From NCBI GenBank assembly GCA_965655095.1, contig OZ296651.1:117490001-117554000 (forward strand): a stretch of 64,000 nt of DNA, written 5' to 3'. Shown here piece by piece: positions 61,901 to 64,000 of this stretch. The number at the start of each line of letters is the position of its first letter. Position 1 is the first letter of the stretch. The notes under the pieces are model-generated. The model saw only the letters and a program-made list of their open reading frames with translations, was not told the DNA's origin and searched no databases. The position numbers and the translations under genes were made by a program. Source of the stretch: Haplodiscus bocki. Lineage: Eukaryota.

Positions 61901-64000
61901 TGCAAAGCCCACCACAAGCATTCAGTAATGCTAACAATTCTTCCTGTTACAGATTTGCGTTTATCATCATCCGGACGTTTTTTGGTTACGCTGGATTGGA
62001 CACCGGCTATTTTTTCATTCACAATAGGTTTCGTTTGCACTTTCACTTCATTCTCACCAGCAGAGGCTAATATCTTTGTGAACGCCCGACCTTCCACACC
62101 GGCAGCATACTTTGCAACGTATCGTGAACACATTTCGTCGTCACAAATTTGGACGTTCGTACTGCTTTCGGTGAAAGCAAACAAAGCTGCATTTGTTGGT
62201 GACGAGTGTTCATTGTAAGCAGCAGGGTAGTGATGTTTTCCAGCTCTCAGTTCTTCTTCAACTTTGTCCGTTGAAGAGTTAGGGTCAATATAGGACAATT
62301 TCATGCTTCTCAGCAGGTCCCAAGTTTCTTTGGAGTAATTAGGTTGTATTTCCTTGTAAGAGAACCCAACTGATGCAGGATATTTAGGTACCCTACACAC
62401 TGGCTTTCCCGACCAATCAGTTTTCTTTTTACATCTATTTTTTCCCTTGCCACAATCGTGCCGTTGGTATTTTTGGAAAAGTTTTCCCAACCGGAACCGT
62501 TCTCTATCCGATAATGCTGGACAACATTTGCTCAAGGCGCCCATGAATGTTTCTTTCGAACAGCAGACTCGGGATTGAACTTCCGGACCAAACTTGTTTT
62601 CTCCGGTACACACTAGTGCATGGATGTGTGGAAAGGCCGAAGTTTCATCTTGCCACTCGTATCTCATCCATAAGTGAGAGATTGGTCCCAAAGGTTGCTC
62701 GGCCGAACACTTCAACCATTGCATTACATACAGTGAGGCGCGATGCCAACATCTAAGCATAGGCATTAATTCACTTTGTATTACAGATAGTCTCAGTTCT
62801 TTCGAGTAATATCGGGCGGGTAAAGTTTGTCAATAGCCTGGAAAATTTTCCGCAAGCCAGGGTGAGTAGATTGCCCACATGTGTATGTAACAAAATAAGT
62901 GGGGTTTTTATCTCTAATGAGTGCTGCTACTTCGCAGACATTTTTCCGGGATTCTGCACAATCGAACTTGAACGTTTCATCGGAAAAGTACTGCTAATTA
63001 GTAGGCGCACTGCCCAATTCTTGCCAGCCTCTGTTCAACACAATCCGAATATCAGTTTTACTCAATTGTAAGTTTAAAAGACAGTCAAAAACGAACTGAA
63101 GATATGATGCGTGACTGGAGGTTAAAAGCGACCCATCAGTGATGCGAGTTCGCAGCATGTTCTCTAAACCTGCAAACCCCACTTGTTTGTTGTATTTTTC
63201 GGATTGGAACAGGGATATTGGAGTTGCTCCTTCAATGCTGCCATCGTAATTTTGGGACCAGAAAATAGAAGGAAAAAGCAGTCCTTCCGGTTGAAGCAAA
63301 GGCGTTGATGATGTCGAGGAAGCTGTAATGTTTTCCATGAAACGTTTCTCCTTAACGGTTACGGTAATGGGATGAATTTTTTTCCTGTACAGTAAGTTGC
63401 ATCGAGAATTCAACAGTATGTGGAGAGGAATATTGTAATTTTCCTCACTGACAGCCTCTTGTACAGCAACAATGGCCCTTTCACCCGAACACACGTTCAA
63501 TTTATTCATCACCATAGTTGCTACGTCGGAAGTCCCTTGTTAAAGGAACATAATGTTTGTCACAAATGAAAACTCCTTGACCGGTTAAATTACTGAGATA
63601 GTGCCACTTTACAGTCGACACTTTCTTAGAGTTAGTTCCTCGGTAGATTAAAAAACTCCAGTAGCCTCGTAGAATTTTTTCTATTAAGGTCTCAGGTGAC
63701 TCCAACAAAGGTTCAGCAAACTTGTTAGCTTTCAGTGTACGCCAAAAAATGCAGAAGGGACCACCATGCCGAAGCAAAATTACAGCGTCTGTACCCCGAG
63801 AACCACAACCACATCCCACAAGCTCAAATTGGACATCAAACACGATGATATTGCGAGGTGGGTTGACCTTGTTCCTCAAACTGTTCACATCAGTTGTTGT
63901 AGCAATCACGTGTTTCGTATCCATGGTTACGTCGCGCACAATTTTCTCAGTCAATTCTATTCTTTGGCTCAAATGCAGATGGCATAAGTCAGCACATAAT
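58925..64000 (-). pseudogene. RepHel-GIY-YIG of B', with frameshifts (~60045, ~62805), stop at 62994 and a ~344-bp deletion at 63514/63515
   Basis: Fragmented ORFs collinear with B. Confidence 0.92.

Larger units (their letters stand above)
53621..64000. mobile_element. Unit B': second copy of unit B (matches 16487-~27227), runs off the window
   Basis: Near-identity with B begins abruptly at ccgagcttcataaatc. Confidence 0.95.

Noticed and set aside
8643-62996. All internal stops are TAA/TAG while several true stops are TGA, hinting at stop-codon reassignment
   Set aside because: The stops align with different residues (Tyr, Glu, Lys, His). Sister copies have sense codons at these sites, C has none in 2683 codons, and the B and C RepHel genes end in TAG/TAA. 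These are ordinary nonsense mutations.

Overview
AT-rich eukaryotic DNA (spliceosomal introns are present). It is almost entirely a head-to-tail array of six Helitron-like rolling-circle elements: unit 0 (<1-~3255, short/degenerate), A (~3255-16432), B (~16433-33412), C (~33413-51447), D (~51448-53620, truncated) and B' (53621->64000, a second copy of B). The autonomous-type units encode a very large protein: [Zn knuckle]-[OTU protease, B and C only]-Cys-rich region-HUH Rep-PIF1-like helicase-SLX1-like GIY-YIG nuclease. It is intact only in C (2683 aa). Accessory genes are a ~340-aa putative OB-fold/Zn protein and a two-exon SGNH esterase-like gene. The units are strongly diverged but are joined through short GC/G-rich junctions of one polarity. 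The left half of each junction follows the subfamily of the upstream unit and the right half follows that of the downstream unit, with only ~30-35 nt between them. Two subfamilies carry the RepHel gene in opposite orientation relative to the same termini. This suggests elements that insert at each other's ends. Exact unit boundaries are inferred by eye (+/- ~30 nt), and novelty could not be checked against databases.
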